Origin: a virus
Lineage: Duplodnaviria > Caudoviricetes
Length of the DNA stretch: 34,935 nucleotides
Virus record (IMG/VR): IMGVR_UViG_3300044724_007490
Location: 1 to 34,935 of that record
Direction: 5' to 3' (one strand)
Positions within the stretch are counted from its first letter, which is position 1. Each line of letters begins with the position of its first letter. A model generated the notes under the pieces. The model was not told where the DNA came from. It saw nothing but the letters and a program-made list of their open reading frames with translations, and ran no database searches. Positions 33,742-34,935 of this stretch are shown here, piece after piece. The position numbers and the translations under genes were made by a program.

Positions 33742-34924
33742 TAATCATATTTCAAAAACTTACTTTTTTGATAGAATTGAGAACGGTATAGTTATTCCTA
33801 ATGGCTTAATAAGTAGTAAACTTATTAATATCTATCTAAACGAAAAAATAAGGTATAAAAAGAATTATCACTTACATACACCTATTTACCTTAAAAAACT
33901 GTCCTTAAAACATGAAGTTATTACTAATAAAAGTAAAGGACTATATGCGATAGAAATAACAGATTCAAGTTTATTGACTGAGCGCTTTTGTAATTACTTG
34001 TTTGAAGAATGTATCTCCCCTCTTGCTAAGAAAAAAATAATCAATAATGATCTCAAACTTTTGATTTATGTATCAATAGAGCAATGTAGAGAGCACGAAT
34101 TTTATAATCTTTATAATGCCTTATGTAATACGAAATTAGATAACTTTATTATATACAGTCTTTTTTTACCTACTGAGTTTAAAGATAATGATTATATGCA
34201 AAAGAGAGTAAAATTAGCACATTTTCATGAGTTATCAATTTATATCAAAAACAATTTACCATGGAGAGGACCCTATGATAAAATAAACTATGATAATCAT
34301 AAAAATTTAAGAGGTTATGCCTTAGCTTATTCAGAACGTCATAATTATGATTTTAAACTTACTGCTCTATATTATCTTATAAAAAAGCAACTTAATAATT
34401 ACTGTTTGCTAACTAATAACAAAGATATATCAATCAGATATCTTGTTAATTCGAAAAACTTTAATAAGGTAATTAAAAATAAAGATTTTTTCGCAACTAT
34501 AAAAGAAAATACCTACTCAAAATTAGCTCATGATGACCTTATGAATTTAGATTTAAATTTAGTGCTTGAATGTGCGTTTGATGATAATAATCATTCATAT
34601 CCTTTTATTTCAGAAAAAACCTATCGACCTATAGCATTTAAGCAAATCTTTATAATTCTTGGGCAAAAATACTCATTAAAAAAATTAAGAGAAAAAGGTT
34701 ATAAAACATTTAGCCCTATAATAGATGAAAGTTATGATGATACTGTTGATGAGGATCTTAGATTTAGTAAAGTGTTAAAAGAATTTGAGCGTTTATTAAC
34801 AATGCCAGAAAAAGAATTTTTAATAATGAAAAAAAATTTAAAAGATATTATAAATTTTAATTATGAGTTATATATAAAAACATCAAAAGAATCAATAGAA
34901 GAGTTGTATGGCATTACTATTTGA
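33731..34924 (+). CDS. Hypothetical protein with a GT10/GT-B-like C-terminal motif (paralogue 2)
   Basis: 'FISEKTYRPI...FIILGQ..SL..L...GYKTF...DESYD...R...N'. It shares the N-terminal 'FD....IPNG' with the upstream gene. Confidence 0.6.
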   Translation: MMNNNHISKTYFFDRIENGIVIPNGLISSKLINIYLNEKIRYKKNYHLHTPIYLKKLSLKHEVITNKSKGLYAIEITDSSLLTERFCNYLFEECISPLAKKKIINNDLKLLIYVSIEQCREHEFYNLYNALCNTKLDNFIIYSLFLPTEFKDNDYMQKRVKLAHFHELSIYIKNNLPWRGPYDKINYDNHKNLRGYALAYSERHNYDFKLTALYYLIKKQLNNYCLLTNNKDISIRYLVNSKNFNKVIKNKDFFATIKENTYSKLAHDDLMNLDLNLVLECAFDDNNHSYPFISEKTYRPIAFKQIFIILGQKYSLKKLREKGYKTFSPIIDESYDDTVDEDLRFSKVLKEFERLLTMPEKEFLIMKKNLKDIINFNYELYIKTSKESIEELYGITI

Positions 34925-34935
34925 CAATATAGTAA
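34908..34935 (+). CDS. Start of a probable third paralogue, truncated by the window edge
   Basis: ATG at 34908 after a GAAGAG SD, reading MALLFDNIV. This resembles MNFVFDYLN and YFFDRIE of the two upstream paralogues. Confidence 0.4.

Noticed and set aside
1-34935. Stop-codon reassignment or programmed frameshifting
   Set aside because: Core genes are full length in the standard code and end in TAA, TGA or TAG with tight packing. A-runs do not join broken domains.
1-34935. T5-type single-strand nick sites (GCGC-containing)
   Set aside because: GCGC occurs sporadically with no shared extended flanking consensus that I could see.
1-34935. Bacterial chromosome or prophage origin of the window
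   Set aside because: T5-specific D-gene synteny, single-strand dense packing and the absence of integrase or host housekeeping operons favour a lytic phage genome.

Overview
This window is an AT-rich fragment of a T5-like (Demerecviridae-like) lytic phage genome, probably environmental or marine. Essentially all genes are on the + strand. The conserved T5-type replication and recombination backbone is recognisable: D3-like, NAD-dependent DNA ligase, D5, D2, DnaB-type helicase (D6), primase, family A DNA polymerase, D10 helicase, D11, D12 and D13 (Mre11/Rad50-like). It is followed by class Ia nrdA/nrdB, MazG-like, glutaredoxin and phoH genes. About 15 biosynthetic or modification enzyme genes are interleaved between these core genes, mostly joined to them by overlapping start/stop codons. 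They comprise 3 SAM methyltransferases, 2 radical SAM enzymes (one B12-binding), 2 GT-A glycosyltransferases, 2-3 paralogous GT10-like proteins, 2 sulfotransferase-like P-loop proteins, a PP-loop ATPase, and a contiguous 2OG-Fe/cupin oxygenase + PLP enzyme + amidinotransferase trio. A sodium:solute symporter is also present. The most distinctive non-coding element is a 156-bp GC-richer island at 18011-18166. It carries three C(GNA)G mini-hairpins on the minus strand, phased TGTTCA repeats and its own antisense sigma70-like promoter, making it a candidate replication origin or small RNA. No tRNA, rRNA, CRISPR array, intein, intron or transposase was recognised. All protein calls come from motif recognition by eye, not from database searches.
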